This document shows positions 1 through 11,800 of a DNA stretch of 64,000 bases, one piece after another. The translations under genes were made by a program, and so were the position numbers. Source of the DNA: a virus; the IMG/VR virus record IMGVR_UViG_3300025012_000066, positions 1 through 64,000 of that record; one strand, written 5' to 3'. Below the pieces are notes generated by a model. The model saw only the letters and a program-made list of their open reading frames with translations, searched no databases and had not been told where the DNA came from. Within the stretch, counting starts at the first letter, position 1, and each line of letters begins with the position of its first letter.

Positions 1-247
1 GTCTATATAGATTTCCCTCTGTGATTAAGTTTATTTCTTGCTTTCTACCCATATTATCTATGACCTCGTGTTTCACGACCCCATCTTTTTTACAATGTCT
101 TCCAATAGCATCGTGTGGATTTGCATACCCTAACATTGTTGCCGTAGATGTTGCTCCAAAATATTCTTTACCATTAATTGTGCAAATTTGCAATTCTCCA
201 AATTGCTCATTCATAAATACTTGTAATTCGGTTGTCATTGTTGTCAT
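1..247 (-). CDS. BRO-N domain antirepressor-like protein (runs off the window edge)
   Basis: Manual translation MTTMTTELQVFMNEQFGELQICTINGKEYFGATSTATMLGYANPHDAIGRHCK...LITEGNLYR fits the BRO-N pattern; RBS GAAAGAGG upstream. Not in the ORF track. Confidence 0.85.
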   Translation of the reverse strand, partial: MTTMTTELQVFMNEQFGELQICTINGKEYFGATSTATMLGYANPHDAIGRHCKKDGVVKHEVIDNMGRKQEINLITEGNLYR

Positions 248-595
248 GTTTTTATTTACCTCTTTCATTAATTTTATTTTTGTATTGTTACGATTTACAA
301 AGTTGTTGAAATTTTCATCATTATGTATAAATTATCTCTCAAGGCCCATCTCTGATAATAATATCACTTCCTTTCTATATTATATTTTATACATTTGTAT
401 CACCTTCATCATTATACCTGATTGGAATTGATTTGTAAAGTATAAAATAAAATTATTGACATGAATATGTTTTGTATGATATTATGCTTATATAAATGTA
501 AAGGTTGCTTATTGTTTCACTCCTTATACATATGTTTTGATTTTATAGACATATGAGTATTATGATATAATAGATAGGAATGGAGTGATTGGAAT

Positions 596-802
596 ATGGC
601 AATTAAGAATAGATTAAAAGAGATTATGGATGAGAGAGGTCTGAAACAGATTTGGCTTGCAGATAAGATTGGGATAGATAGAAGTACATTATCATCTGTG
701 ATTGCAAATAGAAAAGGAACAAATTTAGAAACTGCTATGCGTATTGCTCATACTTTAGATTTGAAGATGGAAGATATATTTGAATTAGCTAATGATGATT
801 AA
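596..802 (+). CDS. XRE/Cro-type HTH regulator
   Basis: NRLKEIMDERGLKQIWLADKIGIDRSTLS HTH pattern. Confidence 0.9.
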   Translation: MAIKNRLKEIMDERGLKQIWLADKIGIDRSTLSSVIANRKGTNLETAMRIAHTLDLKMEDIFELANDD

Positions 803-926
803 GGAAAACTTTTTGATAGATTATGAAAATTTAATGTTGACATAACCAACAATTTCTTCTATAATAATTGATGTAAGGAAGATTAATTCGGCCTTAACAA
901 ATATTAGAGTAGAGGAGATACATAAA

Positions 927-1406
927 ATGACTAAAGCATATGTAATTAAAGATTCTAATAATCATTATGGTGGTCATCTCAATATTTTCTCCAACGCAGA
1001 AAATGGCAAAGGTGATTACAAGTGGAGTTATTACTCTACTCCTTATCCTTTTTGTTGGTTCGAGTGCGAATGTGATAATTGTGATGAAATTAATTTAGAG
1101 TTACAGAATGAGATTAGTAAATTAAGGGAAATTAATTTATTAGCTGAGTTTGATTTAGATTGGATGATTGAGGAATTTAAGAGTCGTGAGGATATGGTGG
1201 AATTGTTTGTGAGAGGTAGGGATTTAGGTTATGGTAGTAGGGATAGTTTTGTTGTTGTGAAGGATATAAAGAAGAGTTGTGTTGGTTCTAGTAGGAAAAT
1301 GTTGAGGGAGATTAGGAAGAAGTATAAGGATATGAGTATGATTAGAGAGATAGATAAGGATAAAGGTGATATAGACGATAAATACATAGTAAATGAGTTG
1401 GTTTGA
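927..1406 (+). CDS. hypothetical protein
   Basis: ORF with RBS GAGGAG; TTGACA..TATAAT promoter upstream. Confidence 0.7.
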   Translation: MTKAYVIKDSNNHYGGHLNIFSNAENGKGDYKWSYYSTPYPFCWFECECDNCDEINLELQNEISKLREINLLAEFDLDWMIEEFKSREDMVELFVRGRDLGYGSRDSFVVVKDIKKSCVGSSRKMLREIRKKYKDMSMIREIDKDKGDIDDKYIVNELV

Positions 1407-1594
1407 TTATGGGTAAGATTATTGAATTTCCTTGTAGGAATTATTACGAGGAATGGAATTATGAAGAGTATTATGCCAATGAAGAGTTTGAGGAACAAGA
1501 TTATGGAAATTGTGGTAGCGAAGTTTTAATTAAGGAGAATTTGTTTAAAGGGTTTATTAGGAAATGTTTGATGTTTGTTTTGATTAGGTTGTGA
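1403..1594 (+). CDS. hypothetical protein
   Basis: Short acidic ORF abutting the previous gene. Confidence 0.5.
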   Translation: MIMGKIIEFPCRNYYEEWNYEEYYANEEFEEQDYGNCGSEVLIKENLFKGFIRKCLMFVLIRL

Positions 1595-1845
1595 TTATTG
1601 GGATTATTTTGGATTAAGTTAGTTTGAAAATTATGGGGATTTCACTATCCCCTTCCTCTAATTTTTGTTTTGAATTAATTTTATTTATTGCTTGACACCA
1701 TTGTTCTATTCATGTATAATGAGATAGAAAGGGTGGTGAGGTAATATGCCTAGAGATCCAACGGATATAGGTATGTAATTTAGTCAGGTGGTATAAATCA
1801 ATAAATAAATAAAATAATATTAAAATGAAAGAGGTAACGAAATAA

Positions 1846-2664
1846 ATGGCAAACGAATTAATGATTAAAGAAGTAGATTTTAATGGTGCTAATATATTAG
1901 TAGCACAAAATATTGATGGTAAAATGTATGCAGGGGTTAAATGGGTTTGTGATGGTCTTGGATTAGATGTTAAAGGACAAAGAGAAAAAATTCAGAAACA
2001 TGAAGTATTTTCAAAGGGGGTGGCAACCTTGCCCCTACCTTCAAATGGAGGAATTCAAGATACTATAATGATAGAATTAGATTTTCTACCTCTTTGGTTA
2101 GCTAATATTAATCCCAAATTAGTAGGAGAATCTGTCAAAGAGAAATTAATAATATATCAACTTAAAGCTAAAGATGTACTTGCAAAAGCATTTCTGCCAG
2201 ACATAGAGACATTTATTCAAGATTATCTAGATATGGATGAAGATGAAAGAGGAATTGCATATTTTAAAGAAAAGAAACAAAGAAAAATGTTAGAACTTCA
2301 AAATAAAGAGTTAATTCCTAAAGCAAATTCATTTGACAAACTTATTGGAGCTAATGGAAGTCAAAATATGAATTCAGTCGCAAAGTCGTTTAAGGTAGGA
2401 CGTACCAGACTATTTGCATTCTTAAGATATAATGATATTTTAATGACTGGAAGTAAAAATGATAAAGAAAAGCATAATGTTCCTAGACAACAATATCTTG
2501 AACAAAAATTATTTGTAGTTAGAGAATATACAATTCCTGACGATGATGGTGAAATTGTTAATAGAGTGCAAACTTTGGTGACTAGTAAAGGGATTGAATT
2601 TATTGATAAATTGTTGAAGAAAGTCAATTATAATTTAGATAGTTTTGGTGATTTGGATGATTAA
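1846..2664 (+). CDS. phage antirepressor (P22 AR-N-like N-terminus, KilAC/ANT C-terminus)
   Basis: VDFNGANI...GVKWVCDGLGL...LPLWL; C-terminal PKANSFD...GRTRLFAFLR...QTLVTSKGIEFI. Confidence 0.9.
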   Translation: MANELMIKEVDFNGANILVAQNIDGKMYAGVKWVCDGLGLDVKGQREKIQKHEVFSKGVATLPLPSNGGIQDTIMIELDFLPLWLANINPKLVGESVKEKLIIYQLKAKDVLAKAFLPDIETFIQDYLDMDEDERGIAYFKEKKQRKMLELQNKELIPKANSFDKLIGANGSQNMNSVAKSFKVGRTRLFAFLRYNDILMTGSKNDKEKHNVPRQQYLEQKLFVVREYTIPDDDGEIVNRVQTLVTSKGIEFIDKLLKKVNYNLDSFGDLDD

Positions 2665-2807
2665 GTTAGTAATATAAATACATAAATAAACTGTTTTTGT
2701 TTTTCCGGCTTTTATTGTTGTTGTGAATGTTGTAAATGTGAATATTTTAAGAATCCACTGGTTTTAGTGGGTTCTTTTTGTGCGTCTATTTTTAATTTTG
2801 ATAGTTT

Positions 2808-2965
2808 TAGCAAATCATTGGACGCTTTGATCTTGCTATTAAATATTTTTTGTGAGAACAGTCTACTCCTATGGATTGTTCTCACTTTTTGTATGTAAAA
2901 ATTTAGAACATAGGAGAAATGGTTTGTTTGGTCTATAAGTAATAAATAAAACATAGGAGAGTGAT
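2808..2965 (+). promoter_or_regulatory. structured HEG leader: two hairpins, loop complementary to the SD
   Basis: GTGAGAACAGTCTA-CTCCTA-TGGATTGTTCTCAC at 2852-2885; TAGGAG at 2911 and 2954. Confidence 0.65.
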
Positions 2966-4378
2966 TTGTTAATGGGAATTAAAATTGATAAACAATTTGG
3001 TTTAGATAGGCTTAAAGAACATTGTAAAATATATAATAAAATACTTACTAGAGAAGAATTTAAAAAATACAACATTAATCCTTCATATAGTTGGTATGAA
3101 AGAAATTTCGGTGATTATAAAAATGCTTGTTATGAAGCAGGATTAATAGAGAAACCATTAACCGAAGAAGAAAGAATTAAGATATCAGTTAATGAATTAA
3201 TAAAATTGGCACATAATTTAAATAAATGTCCAACTGTTGCTGAATATGAATCTATTAAACATAGAGGATACCAAAGGCGTGATTTAGAAAAACATTTAAA
3301 TATGAAATATAATGACATTTGCAGAAAATATATTCCGCAATATAAGTTAAATAATGATATGGATGTGTCTAAAGAAACGATATTTAAAGATATGAAAGAT
3401 ATGCTGATTAAGAATGGTAGAGCTATGACATTTGATGAAATGAAAGAGCAAGGTCTTCATTATTCTTACAGTATCTTTGAATCAAAATGCAACATGCTTT
3501 TTAATGATATTATATTACATCTTGGATATGTCCCTATTGGTACTACAACCTCAACAAGAACAAGAGACGAAATGTTAGATGATTTTAATAAATTATTTAT
3601 AAAATTAAATAGAATTCCAACAGTAAAAGATTTAGATAAAAATAATGGAGAAACATCAAATTGGTCTACATATATTAGACATTTTGATTCTATAGAAAAT
3701 ATATGCAAAATACTAAATATTGATTATGATAAATATTATATCAATAAAAGTCCAGGAAAAAGTTGTCTTGATAAAAATGGTGGAAAATGTAGATCATTTA
3801 TGGAGTGTATAATAACCAATTATTACATAGATAATAATATTGTATATGAAAAGGAACCTTCCTATAGTGATTTTATAGAAAACGACACAAGAAGATTAGA
3901 CTGGAAATTAACTTTAAATAATAAATTTTACTACGTAGAGTACGCTGGAATGTACTATCCAAATAAAATGTATAGTCATATAAATGAGAAGTATGTAAAT
4001 AAAATAGATAACAAAATAAAAGACTTAAAAGATGTTGGAAGATATGAAGAATGTCTTTTTATTTTTCCAGAGGATATTAAAACAAAAACATTAAAGGAAA
4101 TATTTGAACCTTTTCTTGGTATTGAACTTGAAGAAAATAAAAATGGATATAATATTACCATTGTTGAGTATTTCAATAAAACAGACAAGGAGCTTTTAGA
4201 TATTATAATGAAACATAGCACTAATGCTAATATTTTACCAAGTACCTCAATTATTTCAAGGAAAGAGGGAGGTGCTTATAATGAGATTAGAAAAAGGTTT
4301 AAGACATATAATAACTTTGCTCTACATTTCGGGATGACAACAATGTGTACACCTAGACAGAAAATTTTTCAGATGTAA
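2966..4378 (+). CDS. free-standing homing endonuclease-like protein (helical repeats + PD-(D/E)XK-like domain)
   Basis: Repeated PTVAEY/PTVKDL..YIRHF units; RSFME..YEKEP..LDWKL..YVEYAG. Confidence 0.7.
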   Translation: MLMGIKIDKQFGLDRLKEHCKIYNKILTREEFKKYNINPSYSWYERNFGDYKNACYEAGLIEKPLTEEERIKISVNELIKLAHNLNKCPTVAEYESIKHRGYQRRDLEKHLNMKYNDICRKYIPQYKLNNDMDVSKETIFKDMKDMLIKNGRAMTFDEMKEQGLHYSYSIFESKCNMLFNDIILHLGYVPIGTTTSTRTRDEMLDDFNKLFIKLNRIPTVKDLDKNNGETSNWSTYIRHFDSIENICKILNIDYDKYYINKSPGKSCLDKNGGKCRSFMECIITNYYIDNNIVYEKEPSYSDFIENDTRRLDWKLTLNNKFYYVEYAGMYYPNKMYSHINEKYVNKIDNKIKDLKDVGRYEECLFIFPEDIKTKTLKEIFEPFLGIELEENKNGYNITIVEYFNKTDKELLDIIMKHSTNANILPSTSIISRKEGGAYNEIRKRFKTYNNFALHFGMTTMCTPRQKIFQM

Positions 4379-4413
4379 GTAATAAATAATAATTGAAAGA
4401 AGGAATATAAATA

Positions 4414-4893
4414 ATGGCAAATAAAAAATTAACGCTATCTGCAATTAAAAAGGACAATGCAAAATTTAATGAGAAAATGACAGTTCAAATTAAGGACGGT
4501 AAATATGAGATTATTGTTAATAAATACTTTAAAAAGACAGACACCGCAAAACTTTTAGGAGACTATATTTTACTTACTGAGCAATTAATTGAAAGTGGAG
4601 CAAACATAGACATTACTTCTAATGAAATATTCCTCTTTCCAATTTTACTCGTCAAATACATGACAAACATCCCTCTTCCGGAAACAGCATTAGAATTAAT
4701 AGCCTATATACAAGAATTAATCAATGCTGAATTATTAAATGAAATTATTGACGCATTACCAAAAGATGAAGTAGATAAGGTTGAAGGATGGATTAATGAC
4801 TCATTTAAGAATATGCCACAAGTATTAGAATTAATGAAGAAACAACAAAATTTTGGATTAGAGCAAGAGGCGATTGAAGTTGGGGATATCTGA
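4414..4893 (+). CDS. putative tail assembly chaperone
   Basis: Size and position upstream of the tape measure gene. Confidence 0.5.
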   Translation: MANKKLTLSAIKKDNAKFNEKMTVQIKDGKYEIIVNKYFKKTDTAKLLGDYILLTEQLIESGANIDITSNEIFLFPILLVKYMTNIPLPETALELIAYIQELINAELLNEIIDALPKDEVDKVEGWINDSFKNMPQVLELMKKQQNFGLEQEAIEVGDI

Positions 4894-5338
4894 TAAAATA
4901 AATAAGATGCTAAATTCTACAGCTTTTCTTTCAATAGTAAGAGACATTGAAAAAGAAGCAACCCAAGACCTTAGAGATGCTGTATTAAAATTTCATTATC
5001 AAGCTTATTCCCCAAAGGAATACGAAAGGACTTATCAGTTTTTAAACTCAATTCGTAGCGAACTTACTGTTGGAGGAAATAGTATTGAAATGAAAATATT
5101 TTTTGACCAAAATTTAATGAATCACAAATCTGTTGTAGACGGAGATGGGACTTTTGTCCCTCCCCTACTTTATTTCGGTCATACTCAATCTGGATATGAA
5201 GGAGTTAATGATTATTTTCATGATTATCCAGGCAATAAAGATTGGTTAATTGAAACAGCAGAAAAAATAAAACTTAATGTCAGTATGAAATTCAAAAAGG
5301 CAATAGTAACAATAATAACTAATAAAAATTATAGATAG
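4874..5338 (+). CDS. phage tail-region protein
   Basis: Position in the tail module; YSPKEYERTY motif. Confidence 0.55.
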   Translation: MKLGISDKINKMLNSTAFLSIVRDIEKEATQDLRDAVLKFHYQAYSPKEYERTYQFLNSIRSELTVGGNSIEMKIFFDQNLMNHKSVVDGDGTFVPPLLYFGHTQSGYEGVNDYFHDYPGNKDWLIETAEKIKLNVSMKFKKAIVTIITNKNYR

Positions 5339-5424
5339 TCTTATTTTGTTTTGAGAGGTTATAATTCTTCTTTGTTTCTGGTATAATATTTTTATAAATT
5401 AGAAATTAAAAGGAGTGTTTTAAA

Positions 5425-5817
5425 ATGAAGAAAAGTAAATATCTTGTTTATTTTATTATCGTAGTTTTATTATTGTCGATAATGGGTTGCTCGGATAAAA
5501 ACGCTAGTAAAACAACTTATAGACCGACAGTAACACAAGAAAAAATAGAAGCGGATTTAAAAGAAGCGTATTCGACAATGAATGAGATAGTTGATTATGA
5601 ACTCAGCAAAGATAACCATACACTTACACTATATGTTACAGACGCGATGAAAATTGGAACATATCAACAAAAGAAAGATTTATTGAATAAAATGGCAGAA
5701 TATTTCAGTTTGACAGTAAGAGAATTTGACCAAAGTAAAGTAAATGTATATGTTAAATCAAATTCTTCTAAGCAATTACTTTATTATTACGAGGGTGGTC
5801 TTATAGGGGTTAAATAA
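5425..5817 (+). CDS. lipoprotein (moron-like)
   Basis: MKK + hydrophobic stretch + lipobox SIMGC; TGGTATAAT upstream and a hairpin/T-tract downstream. Confidence 0.75.
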   Translation: MKKSKYLVYFIIVVLLLSIMGCSDKNASKTTYRPTVTQEKIEADLKEAYSTMNEIVDYELSKDNHTLTLYVTDAMKIGTYQQKKDLLNKMAEYFSLTVREFDQSKVNVYVKSNSSKQLLYYYEGGLIGVK

Positions 5818-5892
5818 GCAAGAAAATATTAAACTCCCTCTTTTTATTAAGAGGGTATTTTTATGCCCTAAATTAAAGAGAGGTGATTAAAT

Positions 5893-8800
5893 TTGGCTAA
5901 TAAAGATGATATGTTTGGGATAGGTATAAAATTAACTTGGACTCCACAAGAGTTAACAAGTCAAATTAATGCAATACAAAATTACATAACTAAGAACCAT
6001 AATCTAAAAATAAATCTTAACTTAAACGAAGCTACATTAAAGGGATTGGAAAGATTAAGTCAACTTTCTAAATCTGCTGCAAAAGAACTTAATGCAATAA
6101 AAGCACCAATGTTTAATCTTGATAACCCAAATCAAGAAGCACAAAAATATATTGGAACAATAAATAATTTAGTTTCTACTTTTCAAAAATTTAAAGGTCA
6201 AACTTCAGTTGTTTATGATGAGTTTGGTAAGGTAAGTTTAAAGGTTGATACAGCAAGTGGTGCTATTAAAAGATATACATTGCAATGGGATGAACTAACT
6301 CAAAGACTTTCAAGAACAAATATGAGAAATATCGATAATTCTAATGTAAATATTGAAAGAGAATTACAATTGCGTCAGCGATTAAATGCTCAAATACAAA
6401 ATAATGCTGAATCTTTGCAACATTATCTTAGAATTCAACAAATGAACTTAAACTCTTCAATGAGTAGATTTGAAACTCAAAGAACCGGATTGTACAATGT
6501 TGATGAATTAAATAATTTAAGAACTAGATTAAATCAATTAACTCCAACAACAGAAAATTTAAGAAGAAATGTAGGATTATTAAGAGCAGAGTTTAATGCA
6601 TTAAACACAACTGCAATTGCCAATGGAATAAATACCGTAAATAGAAATGCGATGTCTCTAGGAGAAAGTTTAAAACTTGTAGCTTTTAAAATGCTTACGT
6701 GGCTTGGGATGGGAAATTTAATTTTTGGAACTATTTCCCAAATAAAATCTGCAGTGGTTTTTATCAAGGATCTAGATTCTGCCATGATTAATCTAAAAAA
6801 AGTTACAAATGAAACATCTACTGCATATAAAGAATTTGAAAATGATGCAGGTAATTTAGGTAGAGAGCTTGCTAGAACGACAATAGAAGTGGTCAAGGCT
6901 ACGGCAAATTTTGCTAAAATGGGATATACGCTACGAGAAGCAAAGGAATTAGCAAAAGAAGCACTGATTATGCAAAATGTTGGTGATATTGAAAATGTTG
7001 ATAAAGCAACTCAATATTTAATTGCAACATTAAAAGGATTTAATTTACAAGCAACCCAAAGTGCAAAAGTTGTCGATATTATGAATGAAGTGTCGAATTT
7101 ACACAGTATTACGGTAGATGGATTAGGAAAAGCTTATGAGCGATCTTCGGCAGTAATGGCTCAGGCAGGAAATACTATCGAAGAAACTACTGCATTATTA
7201 ACTTCCGCGAACGCCGTGGTCCAAAATCCGGAAAAGGTAGGAAATGGATTTAAAACTTTAGCACTCAGACTTAGAGGTGTCGATGAAGAAGCAAAAGAAT
7301 TATTTCCAAAATTAGAAGCAGATTTAAATGCTGTTGGAGTTCAGTTAAGAAATGTTGATGGTGGATGGAGAAGCACTTATAATATTCTTAAAGATTTCTC
7401 AAAGGTCTATATGCAAATGCCAGATATGGCTAGAAGTAAGCTTCTTGAAGATATGTCAGGTAAATATCAGGCTAATATTTTAGCTGCCACGCTTCAGAAC
7501 TTTTCCGAAGCGGAAAAGACATTGGAAGACGCATTGACATCTGTAGGGTCAAGTGCTCGTGAAAATGAAATATATTTAACCTCAGTTGAAGCAAGAGTAC
7601 GACAATTTAAGGTAAGTTTAGAGGAATTATACAAATTATTTCTCTCTTCAGACTTGCTTAAAGGTGGCATAAGTGTTCTTGGAGGGCTAGTTAGTGTAAT
7701 GAGTGGTGTTTCTTCTGTTTTTGGTGGAATTCCAGCATTAGCTGGGGCAGCTACTACATCAGTTTTAGTATTTTCTAGTGCTCTTAGAACATCAATTTAT
7801 GAAACCATTAGATTAAAAGTTGAACAATATGGGTTTCTACGTTCTATTCCTGCTTTATGGTTAACTGCTACTGGTGGAGTTAGAGGATTTTCGGGAACTT
7901 TAGCATTTTTACGCACTAGTTTAACATCAACAAGAATTGCAGTAATTGCACTACAAACAACTATGACATTAGGATTAAGTTTAGTTATTACTGGTGTAAT
8001 TGCATTAGTTCAAAAATTAGTAGAAGCTCTTGGTAGATCAAAAAATGCAATGGATGAACAAAGTCAAGCATTTAAAGATACTTTAGATAACTTGGGTAAT
8101 CTTACTTCTGATTATGAAAAAGCAAATAAGCTAATTGCTATATATAATGAATTATCTAAAGTAACTAATAAAACAGTCGATCAAAAGCAGAAATTGGTTG
8201 ATGTACAACAACAATTAGCACAACTTTTTCCTTCATTAGTGACAGGTTATGATTTAGAAGGTCAAGCAATTTTAGATTTGGATTCAAAACATGATGATCT
8301 TATTGCTAAAAAGAAAGAAGAAATCAACTTAGAAACCAAACGTCTTTCTTCTCAATTTTATCAAAATCAAGCGATTTGGATTCAATCTATGGTTGAATCT
8401 CAGAAAGAATTAAATAAATTAAAAATAGAACAAAAAGACATCCAAGATAATATAGATAATATTAAAACTAATACTAGTCTATCAGAAGATGTGAAGGAAT
8501 CTTATTTAGTTGGATGGTATGAAAAGTTCGATGCGGTTAGTGGAAAAATATCTGATACTCAGTTAAAATTAAATAAGGTAAAAACAACTTACGATCAAGG
8601 TTTAACATCAACTGTTAAATATGAATTGGAGTCATTAAAACTTTCTAATGATACCATAAACAATTTTTCTGATAATTATTTATCGCTAGTTGAGGTTTTA
8701 AAGAATAGTGGTAATGATCCCTCTGTTGTTTTGAGGGGAATATTTGAGTCGATAAAGAAAAATTCTGATATACAAAATGTCTTTAAGAATTGGACTGATG

Positions 8801-11800
8801 CTCAAAATAAATATAAAGAAGGATCTATTGAAGCTGTTGAAGTTGAAAAGTTACATAAGAAGACAATTGATGATTTAACTGAATCACTAAAAAAATCTAA
8901 TCCTGAATTAAAACCAGAAATAGTTGATTCGATTGCACAGTCTTTTATTTTATTAGGAAATGTTACTCCCAAAGTTAAAGATGGGATAGATTCTACAGCA
9001 CAATCTTTTGCTACTCTCCAAGAAACCCTATCCGATTCCTCTTCTGCAATCTCAGAGATACAATCTGCTCTTGATTCCTATAATGAGACAGGGAAATTTA
9101 GTCTTGATAATATTATCAAATTGTCTTCTACATATCCTAAACTCCTTGGAATGCTAGGCGATGAAAAAGCTATCCGCGAAGAACTAACAAACATTATAGA
9201 ACAAGAACAAGAAAAATCCAGACAAGCTTATATTGTTATGCTCAATGGAAGTGTTAATTTCTATAATAAAAACATTGAAGGTATACAAAAATTTGTCGCT
9301 GGATTAGATGGTGCTCGCGAAGTTGATTTATCTGGAGCAAAATCATTAGCTGAAGCAAAATTAAAAGTCGAAAATGAACTAATGAAGAATCTAGCAGGAA
9401 TGTGGTCACAATATTATGATGCCCAAGGCAATATGACTAAGGCTAATATTATTGATGGTGGAAGAACTATTGTAGGCCAAGATGGTAAGGAAACCTATAT
9501 TACTCCTGAAATGAGAGCACAACTTAAGGCGTATTATGATGCTTCTTCAGCAGTTAAGAAGAAGTTTGATGATATTGCAATGAGTGGAACAAAAAGCATA
9601 GACTTCTCCAAACTCGGTATGTCTAAAAGTGACTCTAAGAAAAAAGAAGAAAAACTCCTCTCAATAGAATCCACAACCCAAGCACTCATCAATCAAATCC
9701 AACAAGAATATCTCCTCCAAAAAGCCAAATCAGATTCAATCCAAAAAGACCTCTCTCAAGCACAATCCCAAAAAGACTATGCAAAAACTCTCGAACTGAC
9801 CAACTCTTTAATTTCCTCGCAAGCTCAAGAATTATCTCTTCTTTCTACAGCTCGCTCCAAAATAAACCAAGCAAAAGATTCTGCAATATCTTCTGCATCA
9901 TCTCAATTTGGTAACATCAGTGAACGTTGGTTTACTGGAAATGATAATCAAGAAAGCGTTGCATATATTGAAGAACACAATAAAGCATCAGAAAAAACTC
10001 GTAAGATTATGGAAGAAACTTTTAAATCACTTCAATTATTAAGAAATGCTTGGATGTCTAATAAATCTACTATGGACGAAAATGCTGAATCATCTAAATC
10101 CCTCAAAACATCCCTAACTCAAATCCAAATAGATAAATTTAACCAATCTATCTCATTCCTTGACGATTCAATTTCTCAATCAAAAGCAAATCTAGACCTC
10201 TATTCCACATCTTCCCAAGAATATTCTAATGAGCAATCCTATCAAATCTCTCTTCTTCAACAAAAGAAATCAGCTATTGATTCTGAAATATTATCTTTAA
10301 AATCCCAACTTGTTAACACAGAATTAACAACCGAAGCAACTGTATTATTAAGCGAAGCATTAAAAACTTCTATATCAGATGGAATAAATGCTCAAAAGGC
10401 ATTATTAGATGCAAAATCCTCAATTGCGGATTCAGTAATATCAACAATGAAATCATCCCTTGAAACTCAAAAAGATATTGCATTAAAATCCATAGACTTA
10501 CAAATGGATGCAGAAGATAAACGTCATACTAACGAAATAGACAATATTGAAAAAGAAACAAAAGAGACTGCAAAAAAATACAAAACTATTACTGATGATA
10601 TTGATGCCCAAACTGAAGCAGAAGTAGATCGTCATAAAATAGCAACTGATAATATTGATGCAGAAATTGAAACCGAAGAAAAAAGACATACATCTGTCAT
10701 AGATAATATTGATGCAGAAATAGCTAAACTAAATGAGCAAGCAGATACGGATTCTTATAATACCAAATTAGCTAAAGATCAAAAAGAAGCCCAAGATATA
10801 CAGGATAAAATAAATATATTGTCTCTTGATAATTCTTTAGAAGCTAAAGCTAAAATTTCCGATTTAAATGATGAACTTTCTGAAAAGCAAATTGCTATTG
10901 CAGATTTTCAACAAAAGCATAGTCTTGATTTGCAAAATAAAAATCTACAAAGACTTAAAGATGCAGAAAATACTAAAAATGATTTGCGGAATAAGGATTT
11001 TAAGAATTTTAAAGACGTAGAAGATACTAAAAATGATTTAATAAACAAAAATCTTAAAACTTATAAAGATGCTCAATCTGATATAAATGATTCTCAAAAT
11101 GAATATTATCAAAATATGAAAGATGCAGAAGATAATAAAAATAAAATCATAAAAGATGGTTTAGATTTGCAGAAAAAGAATCAAGAGTATTTTTGGAATG
11201 AGCAAATTAATAATGAAAGATATTTTGCCAGTCTCCGCACTCAAATAATAAATGGCAATATAGACCAAATGAAGACAAAGTTAACTTCATTTTTAGCTGA
11301 TTTTAAGAATATGAATGAGGAAACTGCAAAAGCACTAGGTGTAAGTTGGACAGGATTGCAAAGTTTGATTGATGGGGTTCAAGCTTCTCAAACTAACTTA
11401 AATGTTATTTCTAATGGAGTAACTACGCCTTATTATCCTGGCACGACAATGAATGGAGTCCCTGTAAGTAATAACGGTAGTTCTAGTTCATCCTCTAGCT
11501 CCGGAAGTAGTTCTACAAGTTCATCTAGTGGAAATTATGTTACATGGAACAACGGTTCTTCTGGGTGGAATGCACATGATTCTAGTGGTAACATAATTGC
11601 GTCAGGAGTAGCTAATCCACCTAAATATGCTGAAGGAGGAGAAACTCAATCAACTGGTATGCATTATTTAGATGGTAAAGTAGGAAAACCAGAAAGAGTA
11701 TTATCTCCGGTTCAAACTACAAGCTTTAACCAACTCGTAAAAGATTTACCTTCGCTCACTACTGTCATGGATAATTTAATGAAAAATAACCTACTGATGA

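Noticed and set aside
21-431. 136-aa + strand ORF
   Set aside because: It is the antisense shadow of the BRO-N gene on the minus strand, which has an RBS and a recognisable domain.
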